The translations under genes were made by a program, and so were the position numbers. From NCBI GenBank assembly GCA_951406725.2, contig OX597815.1, positions 189,658,001-189,722,000 of the forward strand: DNA of 64,000 nt, in the 5' to 3' direction. The notes below the pieces were generated by a model. The model worked only from the letters and a program-made list of their open reading frames with translations. It was not told the origin of the DNA and searched no databases. Below, in pieces: positions 11,965 through 25,496 of this stretch. Numbering within the stretch: the stretch's first letter is position 1; each line of letters starts with the position of its first letter. Source of the stretch: Octopus vulgaris (lineage: Eukaryota).

Positions 11965-12534
11965 AAGGCGAGCTGGCAGAAACATTAGCATGCCAGGCGA
12001 AATGATTAGCTGTATTTTGTCTGTCTTTATGATCTGAGTTCAAATTCCGCCGAGGTCGACTTTGCCTTTAATTCTTTCAGGGTCAATAAATTAAGTACCA
12101 GTTACGCACTGGGGTCGATATAATCGACTTAATCCATTTGTCTGTCCTTGTTTGTCCTCTCTGTATTTAGTCCCTTGTGGGTAGTAAAGAAATAGGTATT
12201 TCGTCTGCTGCTACATTCTGAGTTCAAATTCCTCCGAGGTCGACTTTGCCTTTCATCCTTTCGGGGTCGATAAATTAAGTACCATTTATGCACTGGGGTC
12301 GATATAATCGAATTAATCCGATTGTCTGTCCTTGTTTGTCCCCTCTATGTTTAGCCCCTTGTGGGCAATAAAGAAATAAGTATTTTGTCTGTCTTTATGA
12401 TCCTGAGTTCAAATTCCGCTAATGTCGACTTTGCCTTTCATTCTTTCGGGGTCGATAAATTAAGTACCAGTTGATCTAATCGACTGGCCCTTTCCCCCAT
12501 AATTTTGGGTCTTATGCCTAGAGTAGAAAAGAAT
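11965..12534 (+). mobile_element. SINE family C trimer
   Basis: aaggcgagctggcagaaac head, B-box gagttcaaattcc, three cores, tails 1-1-2. Confidence 0.85.
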
Positions 12535-13602
12535 AATGAGAAGGTGGGTGGAGCATTTGTGAACGTATAGTAAAATTTCATTTAAGTTTAGGGCTACAAC
12601 TAAGAAATTAGTGCTGACAGGGATTTTAAAAATTCCTTGAGCCTATCAACAATGTCATTTCTAATTCTCTTTAGTTGAAGTCTCTTCTTATCATAAGACA
12701 TGATCAGTCCATTACCTCTGTAAACCCTTGTCAAAGTTTAACTGGAATGAGTCTATGGTAAATAACCCTATCAAATTACATACATCAGTTCAATTAAAGC
12801 TCTCCATAGAGACTTTGAATAGTTCATTACAACTGTATAGGATTCAGAGAGAAATGACAAAGAGAAAGGGTTTTCAGTGTGTATAATCACATTAATGTCA
12901 GTGCCACTAAATTGGAAAAATCAGTTACCGAAAACTAAAGCTTGGTTAAGAAGGCTAAAAATCTACAATGCTACATGGTTCTTTTTTCTATCATCCTCTC
13001 ACCGTTAGTGCTCTGTCTATTCTCACTCTTTCTTTCATTTACCTAAAATTGCCTTAAATGAAGAGGAAGAGACAACAAATAGTCACGAAGACTCTCTAGT
13101 CTTTGTGGAGACAAAGCAGCCACTGGGCCCTGTAAAATGGCAGTCAAATGAACAGAGCTAAATAAGGATATAAAGGACCTTGCTTTCATTTGCTGAGGAC
13201 AGTACAACTTCTCTGATGCTGGTGCCACATTAAAATGCACTCACTGTAAAGTGGTTGCCCTTCATCTGTAGAAACCATGATAGACAAAAATGTAGCATAT
13301 AAGTGAGACATGTTTGTCAGCTTAAAAGGAAAGCAGTAGCACCTTCCAGTGCCCACCAAGAAGCCTGCTCAGTCGTGATGGCCTGCTTAATCCAGGCTAG
13401 CATGGCAAGGGGTTTTGAAATAATGTTGATGGTGATGATTATGATGATGATGATATCCATACATTTATGTGTGTGTATTTGTATATATGTATATAAATAT
13501 ACTTATGCATACATACATGCATATGTACATTTGTGCGTGTATATAGATACATAATACATATACATATATCCACACACACACATATGTACATACCTATAAA
13601 AT

Positions 13603-14063
13603 ATCTTTATTGCCCACAAGGGGCTAAACATAGAGGGGACAAACAAGGACAGACAAAGGGATTAAGTCGATTACATCAACTCCAGTGCATAACTGGTACT
13701 TAATTTATCGACCCCGAAAGGATGAAAGGCAAAGTCGACCTTGGTGGAATTTGAACTCAGAATGTAATGGCAGACAAAATACCGCTAAGCATTTCACTCG
13801 GCCTGCTAACGTTTCTGCCAGCTCGCTGCCTTCCACATACAGAAATGTTAGCACACCAGGCAGAAACGTTAGCACGCCGGGCAAAATGCTTAGTGGTATT
13901 TCGTCTACCGAGTTCAAATTCTGCCGAAGTCGACTTTGCCTTTCATCCTTTCGGGGTCGATAAATTAAGTACCAGTTACGCACCGAGGTCGATGTAATCG
14001 ACTTAATCCTTTTGTCTGTCCTTGTTTGTCCCCTCTATGTTTAGCCCCTTGTGGGCAATAAAG
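13603..14063. mobile_element. Head-to-head pair of SINE family C
   Basis: 13603-13832 on the minus strand and about 13858-14063 on the plus strand. Confidence 0.85.
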
Positions 14064-14211
14064 ATAGTTTATATGTATGTGTGTATGCGTGTGTGTGTAT
14101 ATATATATGTGTATGTATACACATACATATATATATATATGTACACACACACATATACATACATATATATGTGTGTGTGTATATACATATATCTATATCT
14201 ATCTATCTATC

Positions 14212-14247
<36 letters not shown>

Positions 14248-15360
14248 TATACATACATATGCGTGTGTATGTCGCCAGAAGTGGCTTAATACAAAGTGAT
14301 TAGAGAGACAAGTTACAATTGATAGAAGGTGAAAAAGTCAAGTACTTGCTCATGTAATAGTGTTATGTTATCAATGAAACTGTTCCAAATTAGCTTCTAA
14401 AGATAAATAAATCTTGTTAATTATCTTGTACAATTAGTAATATCAAACTCCCTCAAATCACACCTTACCATCTGAAAAAGAAGAATAAATTGGATAATGT
14501 TGTCCTAGCCTGTTTAGTAGATGAGAAGGTCACAGCTGGAATGTCTTTGATCATCTGTTCGCTTGATGAAAGTTGACCCGCAGCCAAGAAACATCAAATG
14601 AATCAGCCCACATTTAAAATGTACATCAATGGAAATGTTGTGGATGAAAGGTTTTGAAAAAGAAAAAGAGAGAAAAAACACTCAAAAACATGTTTTTTTG
14701 TAAGAGACGAACCAACAGAAATTATTATCAGAAGCTATAAGAATACTCTGCTTGCACTGATTGAGCAGCAAACTATATCCGTTTTTGGTATGTATTAGTA
14801 TTTATCTTGCTTTAAGATGCTGAGGTGGCAGAACCATTAGCACCATCATCATCATTGATTAAGGTCCGTTTTCTATGCTGGCATGGGTTGGATGGTTGAA
14901 CTGGGGTATATACACACATATATATAGTAATGTTAATATGCCAACATAATGTGACAGTCCTGTGAAGGACGATGTTACTATTGTTTTAGCCCCAGGTAAA
15001 CATTTTTTCAAGGTGACTAACAACACACAGTCTGTATCCCTATATAGCATTTGCAAAGGAAGTCATCACTCCCATCTCTAACCTTACATGATACTCACAG
15101 ACCTAGGTTTCTGAACGTTATCTGTTCTCAGTGTGAGACAGTCACCAGCTAGTGGTGAAAGCTATGTCCTCTTGCAAATACTATATATTCTTTCAGCGAC
15201 ATGCAGTCACTGATCTCATGTCAAGAAAAGCAACATGTTTTAAATCTCTGAGCAAGAGAAATACTGTACCAGTATCAGATAGTAATGTTTATATACCACA
15301 ATAACGTGGTAGTCCTCTAAAGGATGATGTTATTGTCATTTTAGCCCCAGGAAAACATCT

Positions 15361-15384
15361 TTATATATATATATATATACGACA

Positions 15385-15426
<42 letters not shown>

Positions 15427-15512
15427 TGTCATTATACTAATACATCTGTTTATTGTCTACACCACCTGTCTTCATCTTTTTTTGTGAATTCTTCCCTTTA
15501 TGTATATATGTA

Positions 15513-15554
<42 letters not shown>

Positions 15555-15616
15555 GAAAATAGTAATGCAATACGAGAATTGCTTTCCAGTAAAGAATCAG
15601 CATCATTTAACGTGAT

Positions 15617-15655
<39 letters not shown>

Positions 15656-15793
15656 AGTAAATAAAAGTAAATAAATGATACAACTTCGTAGGATTGCGGT
15701 TATCATTCCCAGACCGGGTGTTGTACTTTTACCTAAAATATATATATATATATCATTATATATCATATAGCAACATATATATATATATATGTA

Positions 15794-15835
<42 letters not shown>

Positions 15836-15875
15836 TATATGTGTATATATATATATACACGTATATATATATAGA
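15361..15875. repeat. (AT)n array interrupted by short inserts, including a P2 tail (15432-15498)
   Basis: ttatactaatacatctgttt..ctacaccacctgtc matches 28383-28453. Confidence 0.8.
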
Positions 15876-16360
15876 TTCATATTAATGAATTCCTTTTCAC
15901 CCAAGTAAGCAGATGAAAGCAGATATTAAAACGATGATGAAAATGGTGATGATGATGATGAGGAGGAAAAAGAAGAATAGAAAAAATGTTATCAATATCA
16001 TTTATTTATCCTTCATTTACTTCAGCAGGTAAACTTAAATATTACTTCCCATTTTCAAACTGGCTTCTCTCAGCACAACATGAACAATAGGTAGACTTGT
16101 AGACTCCCTAGAAATTACATGAAATTTTAATAATTTGAACTCAGAACGCTTGCAGACAAAGCATAAAGTGCAGTGAACTTCATCTGCTGCTTAACCAATT
16201 CTATCGAGCAAATTCTCTAGTCTTAATTTAATGTTACAGTTCTATATTTAAGAGATGAATTTTGTACTTAAAAGGATGTTCACTTAATGTTGTCTCAGTT
16301 TAAAAATGAAAGTTCCTGGTTCTGAACCCCAGTTAAGTCGAATGAAATTTAGTGTATATA

Positions 16361-16762
16361 GGCGCAGGAGTGGCTGTGTGGTAAGTAGCTTGCTTACCAG
16401 CCACATGGTTCCGGGTTCAGTCCCACTGTGTGGCATCTTGGGCAAGTGTCTTCTGCTATAGCCCCGGGCCAATCAATGCCTTGTGAATGGATCTGGTAGA
16501 CAGAAACTGAAAGAAGCCTGTCGTATATATGTATATATATATTTGTATGTGTGTGTATGTTTGTGTGTCTGTGTTTGTCCCCCTAGCATTGCTTGACAAC
16601 CGATGCTGGTGTGTTTACATCCCCGTCACTTAGCGGTTTGTCAAAAGAGACCGATAGAATAAGTACTGGGCTTACAAAGAATAAGTCCCGGGGTCGATTT
16701 GCTCGACTAAAGACGGTGCTCCAGCATAGCCGCAGTCAAATGAGAGAAACAAGTAAAAGAGA
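16361..16762 (+). mobile_element. SINE family B
   Basis: Full-length copy. Confidence 0.9.
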
Positions 16763-16850
16763 GTGTGTTTACATACATAAATACATACAAACACATATAT
16801 ATGCATTGTGTACTTGTGTGTGTGTGTGTGTATGTGTGTGTGTGTGTGTT

Positions 16851-17058
16851 CTTTTACTCTTTTACTTGTTTCAGTCATTTGACTGTGGCCATGCTGGAGC
16901 ACCGCCTTTAGTTGAGCAAATCAACCCCAGGACTTATTCTTTGTAAGCCTAGTACTTATTCTATCGATCTCTTTTGCTGAACTGCTAAGTTACAGGGACG
17001 TAAACACACCAGCATCGGTTGTCAAGCAATATTGGCTGGACAAACACAGAGACACAAC

Positions 17059-17097
<39 letters not shown>

Positions 17098-17233
17098 GAT
17101 GAGCTTCTTTCAGTTTTTGTCTACCAAATCCACTCACAAGGCTGTTTGGTTGGCCCGAGGCTATAGTAGAAGACACTTGCTCAGAACCCGGAACCATGTG
17201 GTTGGTAAGCAAGCCACTCCCCACACAGCCACT
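16851..17233 (-). mobile_element. SINE family B (tail-to-tail with the previous copy)
   Basis: Reverse-complement homology. Confidence 0.9.
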
Positions 17234-17454
17234 ATATATATATATATTTATATACTAGACATAAGTTTCATAAATTACAAAATATAAATATCCACACTAC
17301 CACACCTGAAACACACCTGTTATAACTCTTGATCTTGATTTGAATATACGTGAAGGTATTTAGAATTCCCAAACTTATTTCTGCAAATGTGCTAAGCACT
17401 GATGCTGATCATAGTTTAATTAATAAGTGTAGGAGCAAAGTAAATGCAGTAAAA

Positions 17455-17786
17455 CTAGTGGGATTCAGTGAGGCCCCATTTAAGCGGCCCTTCAGAAATT
17501 GATCTGCCTTACAATACTGCCTAGGAGTTTATGGTATGAAATTCATCATCATTGATCTGATTTGGTCACCAATGCCATGTATTTAATTTAAAATGCAGTA
17601 AGAATAGTGAGGTTACTGGGACCCCAATTAGGCGGCCCTTAAAAAAATAGGCCCTCTTTGGACATTCCCTGAGATCAGGGGAGTGGCTCGTTTGAGTTTC
17701 ACTGTCCTTCCACCAACGGTCTAGGAGGAGTTAACGAACATAAAAACATAACAGATAGAGAGACTTCACTCAAATTTATAGTAGGA
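17455..17786 (-). mobile_element. Possible non-autonomous Helitron
   Basis: Minus strand begins a|TCC and ends CTAG|t; internal duplicated ggccccatttaagcggccctt motif. Confidence 0.4.
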
Positions 17787-18284
17787 TATATATATATTAC
17801 AAAATTTTATATAGAGTTACCTAAGGTTATGGGTAAGTTTTGTGGCCAGCTCATCAGAAGTAGAATATGATAGTTTTATCTATGTATAAGGATTCATTAT
17901 TATCATCATCATCATCATTATTGTTGTTGTTGTTGTTGTTGTTGTTAGTAGTAGTAGTAGTATTTTTATTGTTATTATTATTATTAAGTGAGAGAGCAGT
18001 GCATGCCATCAAAATGTCGCTGGGGTAAAATATACGAAGCCCAGACTACCTGTCTGATAAGGGTACACTAGGCACATGCATCACAACCATATGTGCACGA
18101 CATGGTGATCTCATATCAAGATAAACAGCACATGACCTTGCAGGTGGGGCCCAGTTAGAATTTTCTTCAGGTTGAGTAGCCCATCCCACTCAAAAGATCC
18201 CTGAATAAGGGTTGTTTAAGGATGTTGAATGAAATGGTCACAGTCAAGTGCCTGAAACAAATAAAAGAATGTCTAATATCAGTT

Positions 18285-19122
18285 TTCCATGTTTTGCACA
18301 AGGCCAGCAATTTCTTGTGAGGTGGTAAGTCAATTACAAAGAACCCAGTGCTCAACTGGTATTTATTTTATTGACCTTAAAAGGATGAAGGGCAAAGTTG
18401 ACCTCAGCGGAATTTGAACCTAGAACATAAAGATAGCTGAAATGCCACTAAACATTTTGCCTCACATGCTAATAATTCTTTTCTACTCTAGGCACAAGAC
18501 CCGAAATTCTGGGGGAGGGGGCCAGTTGATTAGATAGACCCTAATATGCTACTGGTACTTAATTTATCAACCCTGAAATGATGAAAAGCAAAGTCAACCT
18601 CAGCAGAATTTGAACTCAGGACATAAAGACAGATGAAATACCGTTAAGCTATCGCCCGGCATGCTGTTTTTTATTTCTTTACTGCCCACAAGGGGCTACA
18701 CACAGAGGGGACAAACAAGGACAGACAAATGGATTAAGTCGATTATATTGACCCCAGTGCATAACTAGTACTTATTTAATTGACCCCGAAAGGATGAAAG
18801 GCAAAGTTGACCTTGGCGGAATTTGCACTCAGAACATAGCGGCAGACAAAATACCACTAAGCATTTCACCCAGCGTGCTAATGATTCTGCCAGCTCACCA
18901 CTTTAGACTAATATCCTTTTCTACTCTAGGCACAAGGCCCGAAATTTTGGGGGAGGGAGCCAGTTGATTAGATCGACCCCAGTATGCAACTGGTACTCAA
19001 TTTAATGACCCCTGAAAGGAAAGAAGGAAAGTCAACCTTGGCAGAATTTGAACTCAGAATGTAAAGATAGATGAAATACTGCTAAGCATTTCCCCCAGTG
19101 TGCTAACTTATCTGCCAGCTCC
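18285..19122 (-). mobile_element. Cluster of four SINE family C copies
   Basis: Repeated aaagtcaacct..gaatttgaactc cores with both tail types. Confidence 0.85.
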
Positions 19123-20584
19123 CTGGTATACTAATAATTTTGCCAGATTGCTGCTCTACCTTTATATCTAATATTAGTAGAATACTTACCAGATTTTCCT
19201 TCCACGTTTATATACAAATAGATTATTCATGAGCATCTACATAAATAATTGGTATTATGAAAATTTTAATTAATCTTCACATTTTTCATATTGGTTCGCA
19301 TACATACGTAATGAATATCTTTTTGCTACCATCAGCACCTTTTTCTATCCACTCTCCACATTTGCTGTTCTCCATTTCAACTTGTTTCTTCCTTACTCTA
19401 CCATTTACAACAACAATCGCTTCTCTTACAGGCTTACTTATTTGCTTGTAAAGACTTTTTCATTAATGCCATGTCACACTCTACACTTTATTCCTTTGCA
19501 TATGTATATCCTTTCTTTATTGATTTTTCTTGTAATGTAAGGCTATTGGATAGCAAAATTGAAATAGCACCAAATAAAATGCTTTATGATATTAAATTAC
19601 TTCCATCAGTTCAAATCTTGCCAGGCTTGGCAATGCCTTTTATTCTCCTGGGGTTGATAAACAAATACCAGTTGAGAATTTTAATTGACTTTTTGTTTTG
19701 TGTTCATCTTAAAAATCAATAATTCTTTTTTTTTTCTTTTTTTTACATAAACACAATTCTGTAAAGCAAACTAAATAAAATTGCAAGATACCTTTGCATT
19801 TTTCACAGACATTTGTAAGAAGCAAATGTGATATACACACAAACCAAAACAAAATCACGAGATAGACTTGCCGAGAAATTGCTGGAAATCTAAAAGCACT
19901 TGCAAGTGGTCCATTCAATATCAGAAGGAAATCTCTTTTAGCTTCAACCCTTTTTTCGCATTGACTGCTTCTTATCTTTACTGCTTGTAAATTCTGACTT
20001 AAAACCACTTTCGTAAGTGCAACAGAAAATGGAAAATAGACAGAGAAAAAAATTTCTCAAGAGCTAAATTTAGGATAAATGCATATATTATTTAAAAAAA
20101 AAAAAAACGTTATAGTATATCAACTGTAAGAAGAGTAAGTAATATCACATTTTATTGTTGGGATATACATCGTGTAATAAGAGTAATTTATCCTGGTAGA
20201 GAATATTCTTTTTCTAGCTATTAACTGAACAAATCTGAAGGCATGGAACTTGTGTGATTTTAAGAGAAATGGAAAAGGAAACCGAGTATTATTTGCAGTG
20301 TTTATAGCCTTGTGAATAACATTAACAAGACAAATGAAACCATTTGCAAAAACAAAACATGGTTACACTATGAAACCTTGGTAGAATGTAATATACACCC
20401 ACATGGAGGGTGCATTGCAAAATTAGTTGATCTTTTAATAGAGTCCATTAGGATGCAAGATTTTGGAGCAGAATTACAGTTTCATGATAACTTGCTCATG
20501 TGCTAGCATCAGTTTTGGATGCTCTACAGAATGGTTATAGGTGTTGCCTTTCATTTTGATTATATCTTTAAAAAAGAATTAAAT

Positions 20585-20845
20585 TCGAGTGAGGTGATAA
20601 AAAGATTTGAGCGAGGTAAAAAGATTCAAGTGAGGTCATTGACAGTACCACCTAACTGGCCCCCATGCCGGTGACACATAAAACCCCCCACTACACTCTT
20701 GGAGTGGTTGGCGTTAGGAAGGGCATCCAGCTGTAGAAACTCTGCCAGATCAGATAGGAGCCTGGTGCAGCCATCTGGTTCACCAGTCCTCAGTCAAATC
20801 GTCCAACCCATGTTAGCATGGAAAGCGGACGTTAAACGACATCTT
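20585..20845 (+). mobile_element. Repeat family D
   Basis: ggcgttaggaagggcatccagctgtagaaactctgccagatcag. Confidence 0.75.
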
Positions 20846-20969
20846 GTGATATTTTGTTATGTCCCTTCATGTTCTGAGTTCAAGTCCTACCCAAATCGAC
20901 TTTGCTTCTCATCCTGTCAAGTACAACAACTGCAAGAGATCAAGAGAAGAAGGAAGCATAAGGAAGAGT

Positions 20970-21205
20970 AAGGTGGCTAGCTGCCAGAAACATTAACATG
21001 CCGGGCGAAATGCTTAGCGGTATTTCGTCTGCTGTTATGTTCTGAGTTCAAATTGGGCTAAGGTCAACTTTGCCTTTCATCCTTTCGGGGTCGATAAATT
21101 AAGTACCAGTTACGCACTGGGGTCGATATAATCGACTTAATCCCTTTGTCTGTCCTTGTTTGTCCTCTCTATGTTTAGCCTCCTGTGGGCAATAAAGAAA
21201 ATAAG
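20970..21205 (+). mobile_element. SINE family C (tail 1)
   Basis: Full monomer. Confidence 0.85.
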
Positions 21206-21444
21206 AGAATAAGGAAATCAAAAAAGTTAATAGACCAGTCTACATAAACGTTTGACAATATTCGGCTTCAAACCATTTTATTCTAAGTACCAATTACACT
21301 GGATTCAACTTCCCTTTTTATTACTCTAAAGTCAAAATGCAGCAAGCAGGCAGAATTGCTAAAGTGGTAGAAAGATGTTTCACAATATTTGTTCCAAATC
21401 TTTACATTCTGAGCTCTGACCTCACCAAAGTCAATTTTGCCTTT

Positions 21445-21690
21445 CATCATCATCATCATTATCATCATCGTTTAACATCCGTTTTCCATGCTAGCACGGG
21501 TTGGATGGTTTGACCGGGGTCTGGGAAGGCAGGCGGCTGCACCAGGCTCCAGTCTGATCTGGCAGTGTTTCAACAGCCGGATGCCCTTCCTAACGCCAAC
21601 CACTCCATGAGAGTAGTGGGTGCTTTTGACACCCCACCGGCACAGGTACCAGGAGAGGCTGATAGCAGCCACAATCAGTTGGTGCTTTCA
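21445..21690 (-). mobile_element. Repeat family D
   Basis: Reverse-complement homology with a (cat)n tail. Confidence 0.75.
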
Positions 21691-21893
21691 CATTATTATC
21701 TGACTCCATTTTTATGTAGTCCTTTTGAGAAAGTCAACAAAAGACAAGAGTCAGTATCAAAGTGTAAACACAAGAGAAAATATTTTTTGAAGGAATGCTT
21801 CATCATCATCACCACCACCACCATCACCATCATCATCATCATCATCACCATCGTCATCGTCATTGTCATCATCCTCATCATCATCAATATTCA

Positions 21894-22133
21894 TTTCTTT
21901 ACTGCCCACAAGGGGCTAAACACAGAGGGGACAAAAAAGGACAGACAAAAGGATTAAGTCAATAACATCGCCCCCCCCCCCCCCTCAGTATGCAACTGGT
22001 ACTTATTTAATCAACCCCGAAAGGATGAAAGACAAACTTCACCTTGGTGGAATTTGAACTCAGAACATAAAGACAGACAAAATACCGCTATGCATTTCAC
22101 CCAGTGTGCTAACATTTCTGCCAGCTTGCCACT
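21894..22133 (-). mobile_element. SINE family C (tail 1)
   Basis: Reverse-complement homology. Confidence 0.8.
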
Positions 22134-22193
22134 TTGAAATGTCATCATCACTATTGTCATCATTTTATATCTCACACTTTTTCCCCCCATGTG

Positions 22194-22663
22194 TAATCCT
22201 TTCATTACCAACCCGGCTGAAACCGCTACTGGCTCTGTAGTACAAATGTCTTGTTTTCATAAGTTTTGAATTAAAATCTTCCACCAAACCTTAGTCACAA
22301 TTTATGTTCCTAACACTAGCTTAATGATAACCAGGTTATTTTACTGAATTCTTTGCTATATTTAAAATTAATTGAAAGAAATACAGAGCATCTCAAAAGA
22401 AATATAGTAACTAAAGGGTCAACAAATAATTAACTTAACCCTTTTGTTACCAACCTGGCTGAAACCGTCACTGGCTCTGTAGTACAAATGTTTTGTTTAC
22501 ATAAGTTTTGAATTAAAATCTTCCACCAAACTTTAGTCACAATTTATGTTCCTAACACTAGCTCAATGATAACAAAGTTATTTTACTAAATTCTTTGTTA
22601 TATTTAATGTAATTGAAAGAAACACAGAGCATCTCAAAATAAACACAGTAATGAAAGGGTTAA
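22194..22663. mobile_element. Tandem pair of piggyBac-like MITEs
   Basis: Units of about 225 bp bounded by TTAA-CCCTTT...AAAGGG-TTAA; the same pair recurs at 34148-34616. Confidence 0.75.
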
Positions 22664-23459
22664 TTGAGTAGGACAACTCTCCCAGCATCACCCCTGCTTC
22701 TACTATGATCATTTGTCATGTATGCTGTTGGTAAGTCATTTTGTGTTTTTTTTTGTTGTTTTTGTATTTTTGCAGGGAGGAAAGGCAGTTTGGCATGGCT
22801 TTTAATGACTGAATGCTCTGTCAATCACCAACCCACCAACCAACCACTTTACTGTCTAGCATTTCATTACACCACATATTACTTATATTATTAGCAAATC
22901 TAAAATAAAAACACGAACAACGAAAAACTCTAATCCTTCCTTTGTTAAAAGTCTTAGGCCCCCGTTGCCAGTGAAGGACACAAATCCTCGTTTCGTTTCC
23001 CTCTGTCTGTATCACTTACAATAATCTATTAGTCCTGCCTTCCGCCACTTTTGTTATAAATTCTGTCATGCAATTATAGTAAACTGTCTTATCATACCTG
23101 CATTAGTGTGTGATGCACTCACCTGGGAATAAATGTCAAGTCAGCTTTATTTCTTATTTTCTGTTTCAGTTTGTGTAATTTAATATTGGTTCAAGCTGAA
23201 AAAATGCTTTAAACACTAAATGATTTTCCTTATTGATTTCTCTCTTTGATGCAAAGACACAAGCAGTTCAGGTGAAAGTTATAATTGATTAAATCTCCCC
23301 AGTGAATGACTGTTAGGCAAAGTTATTACTAACAGGAATTCTATCAAGAACAGAGACGGAGATAACTGAATACTAAAAATTACTTTGTCATTCCAGAAAA
23401 TTCATTCTATCACTTTCCACTGATTGGATAACATTAGTGTTGTTGCATTTACTAAGCTC

Positions 23460-23642
23460 ATTCTTCTTCTTCTTCTTCTTCTTCTTCTTCTTCTTCTTCT
23501 TCTTCTTCTTCTTCCTCCACCTCCTCCTCCTCCCCTTCTTCCTTCTCCTCCCCCTCTTCTTCTTCTTCTTCTTCCTCCTCCTCCTCCTCCCCACCCTCCC
23601 CTCCTCCCCCTCCTCCCTCTCCTTCTTCTCCTCCTCCTCCTT
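23460..23642. repeat. (TTC)n/(TCC)n polypyrimidine tract
   Basis: Directly visible. Confidence 0.95.
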
Positions 23643-24471
23643 TCAATTTCATGTCAGGTGGCACACTTCCATCTTCTATACTGCCCTGTCGGTCAGCTAT
23701 GGTTCACACCTGGTTCTACATTCCCTATCAATTGGCCTGCCTCTCTTTCTCAACAGTTCTTCCCCAGGTGTTCTTGAGTTTTGCATATTTCTTCTACGCC
23801 CCCCACCCCTGAGAGTCCTTGTAGTAATACAATTGGCACCTGAGCTTCCTCTCAACCTTCACTGAAGCATTTCTTGCTCCTCTTTCTGTCCCATTTACAA
23901 ACCACTGCCTCTTCAAGATGCTGTGGAATTTTATGAATGTTTGAAGTTTCTGGAATTGGTAAGTTATTCAAGAGTTGGGGGCTGCTTTTCTGTCAGAGTT
24001 TCTTTCCCTTATTGGTTCCCAAAGTGGGTGGTATTGCCCGCATGGGGCAGTGGAAAGTTCCAAGGTGGCATTGAAGAAAAGTGGGGCAATAATGAGGTAG
24101 TGATTCATGTAAAACAACAAAATAATGGGTTCATTAGTTTAAGTTTTATTTGTGAAATTCAGTTGCTCTGAATTTGCTTCAAAAAGAGGTCTATGTTTGT
24201 GATGGTTAGTTGGGGTGGGGGGCACTAGGAATGTGACCTGGGTGTCAAAGGGGTGGCAGCCCGAAAAAGTTTGGGAAACACTGCTTAGATGAATGTAGTG
24301 CTGCCTTACAAGCACCATCTGCCCAGGGTTTGAAATAAGAGATACCTTTTCAACTGAGGTCCATTTGACCCCTAAGGGTCGATTTAAAATTTTGGAGGTC
24401 CATACAACCAAATAATAAATTGGGGACCCACAATAGTATTTTAAGGGCTCCTAAAATAATTTTGCTTTAGA

Positions 24472-24593
24472 TGTTAGGAAGGGCATCCAGCTGTAGAAAC
24501 ACTGCCAGATCTGACTGGCCTGGTGCAGCCTTCGGGCTCCCCAGACCCCAGTTGAACCATCCAACCCATGCTAGCATGGAAAGCGGACGTTAA

Positions 24594-24643
<50 letters not shown>
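24472..24643 (+). mobile_element. Repeat family D, 3' part
   Basis: ttaggaagggcatccagctg...(gat)n. Confidence 0.75.
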
Positions 24644-24644
<1 letters not shown>

Positions 24645-25019
24645 TATGTATTGTATATATTGCAAGAAACAGCCAGGTTTCTTTCTCTAATGCATTACAT
24701 AGTTCAACTTGTAGTAAAGATTGTTTGCCAATGTCTCTTCTCAATCTGGGTTGGCCTATGAGGAAATAGCAAAAAAAAAAGAGGAGACCATTTTGTTTTT
24801 TAACATTCTGTAAAATTGTTCAATATGAAAGAATTCTCCAGCAAATAAATTAATGATTTCAATTAAATACTTCTTCATTTCAATTCAGATTTCCCATGAA
24901 TCTCACTAAAAGATATTTCTAAATTACAAAGTTATGTAATTCTTTTAATCTCTTCTAATCTGTTCTTCAAATCCTCTGGTCTTTCAAATAAATGAAGTTC
25001 AAAGAATCAACCAAAGATT

Positions 25020-25235
25020 GGTTTCAAATTTTGACACAAGGCCAGCAACTTCGAGAAAAAGGACAATTTCATTACATTGACCCCAGGGGTACCCAACTGG
25101 TACTTATTGTATCAACCCTAAAAGGATAAAAGGCAAAGTTGACGTCCACAGAATTTGAACTCAGAACATAAAGACAGGCGAAATGCTGCCAAGCAATAGC
25201 CTGGTGTGCTAAAACTTTTGCCAGCTCACCGCCTT
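25020..25235 (-). mobile_element. SINE family C (diverged)
   Basis: Core and head homology. Confidence 0.7.
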
Positions 25236-25496
25236 AAAAACAGCCAAATATTGGCAGTGTTTATCTCGTGACCAACACCATATTATTCAATTGCAAAGTT
25301 CAGCTATTTTTGAAATAATACTATGAGAAATAGACACTGAGTAGATACTACAAGCAGAGCCTTTGAGAAAAATTACATAAGTTGAAACAAAATTGCTTTT
25401 GAATTCAGAGGCTTTCCTTGGAAAAGGTCTCTTTATATATCCATAGGCCTCAACTTGACTGTTCTGGACCACCACACTTATTGGTTTGGTCTATAG

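Noticed and set aside
14950-14975. gtcctgtgaaggacga resembles a textbook hammerhead stem II
   Set aside because: It lacks CUGANGA and GAAA in both repeat copies.
17985-18235. GC-richer segment abutting (TTA)n, possibly a LINE 3' end; similar doubt applies to 2035-2162
   Set aside because: Single copy in the window with no diagnostic motif.
24190-24460. hAT-like terminal motifs (aaaaagtttgggaaacactg; also about 51152-51220)
   Set aside because: Only one end is recognisable, with no paired TIR or TSD.
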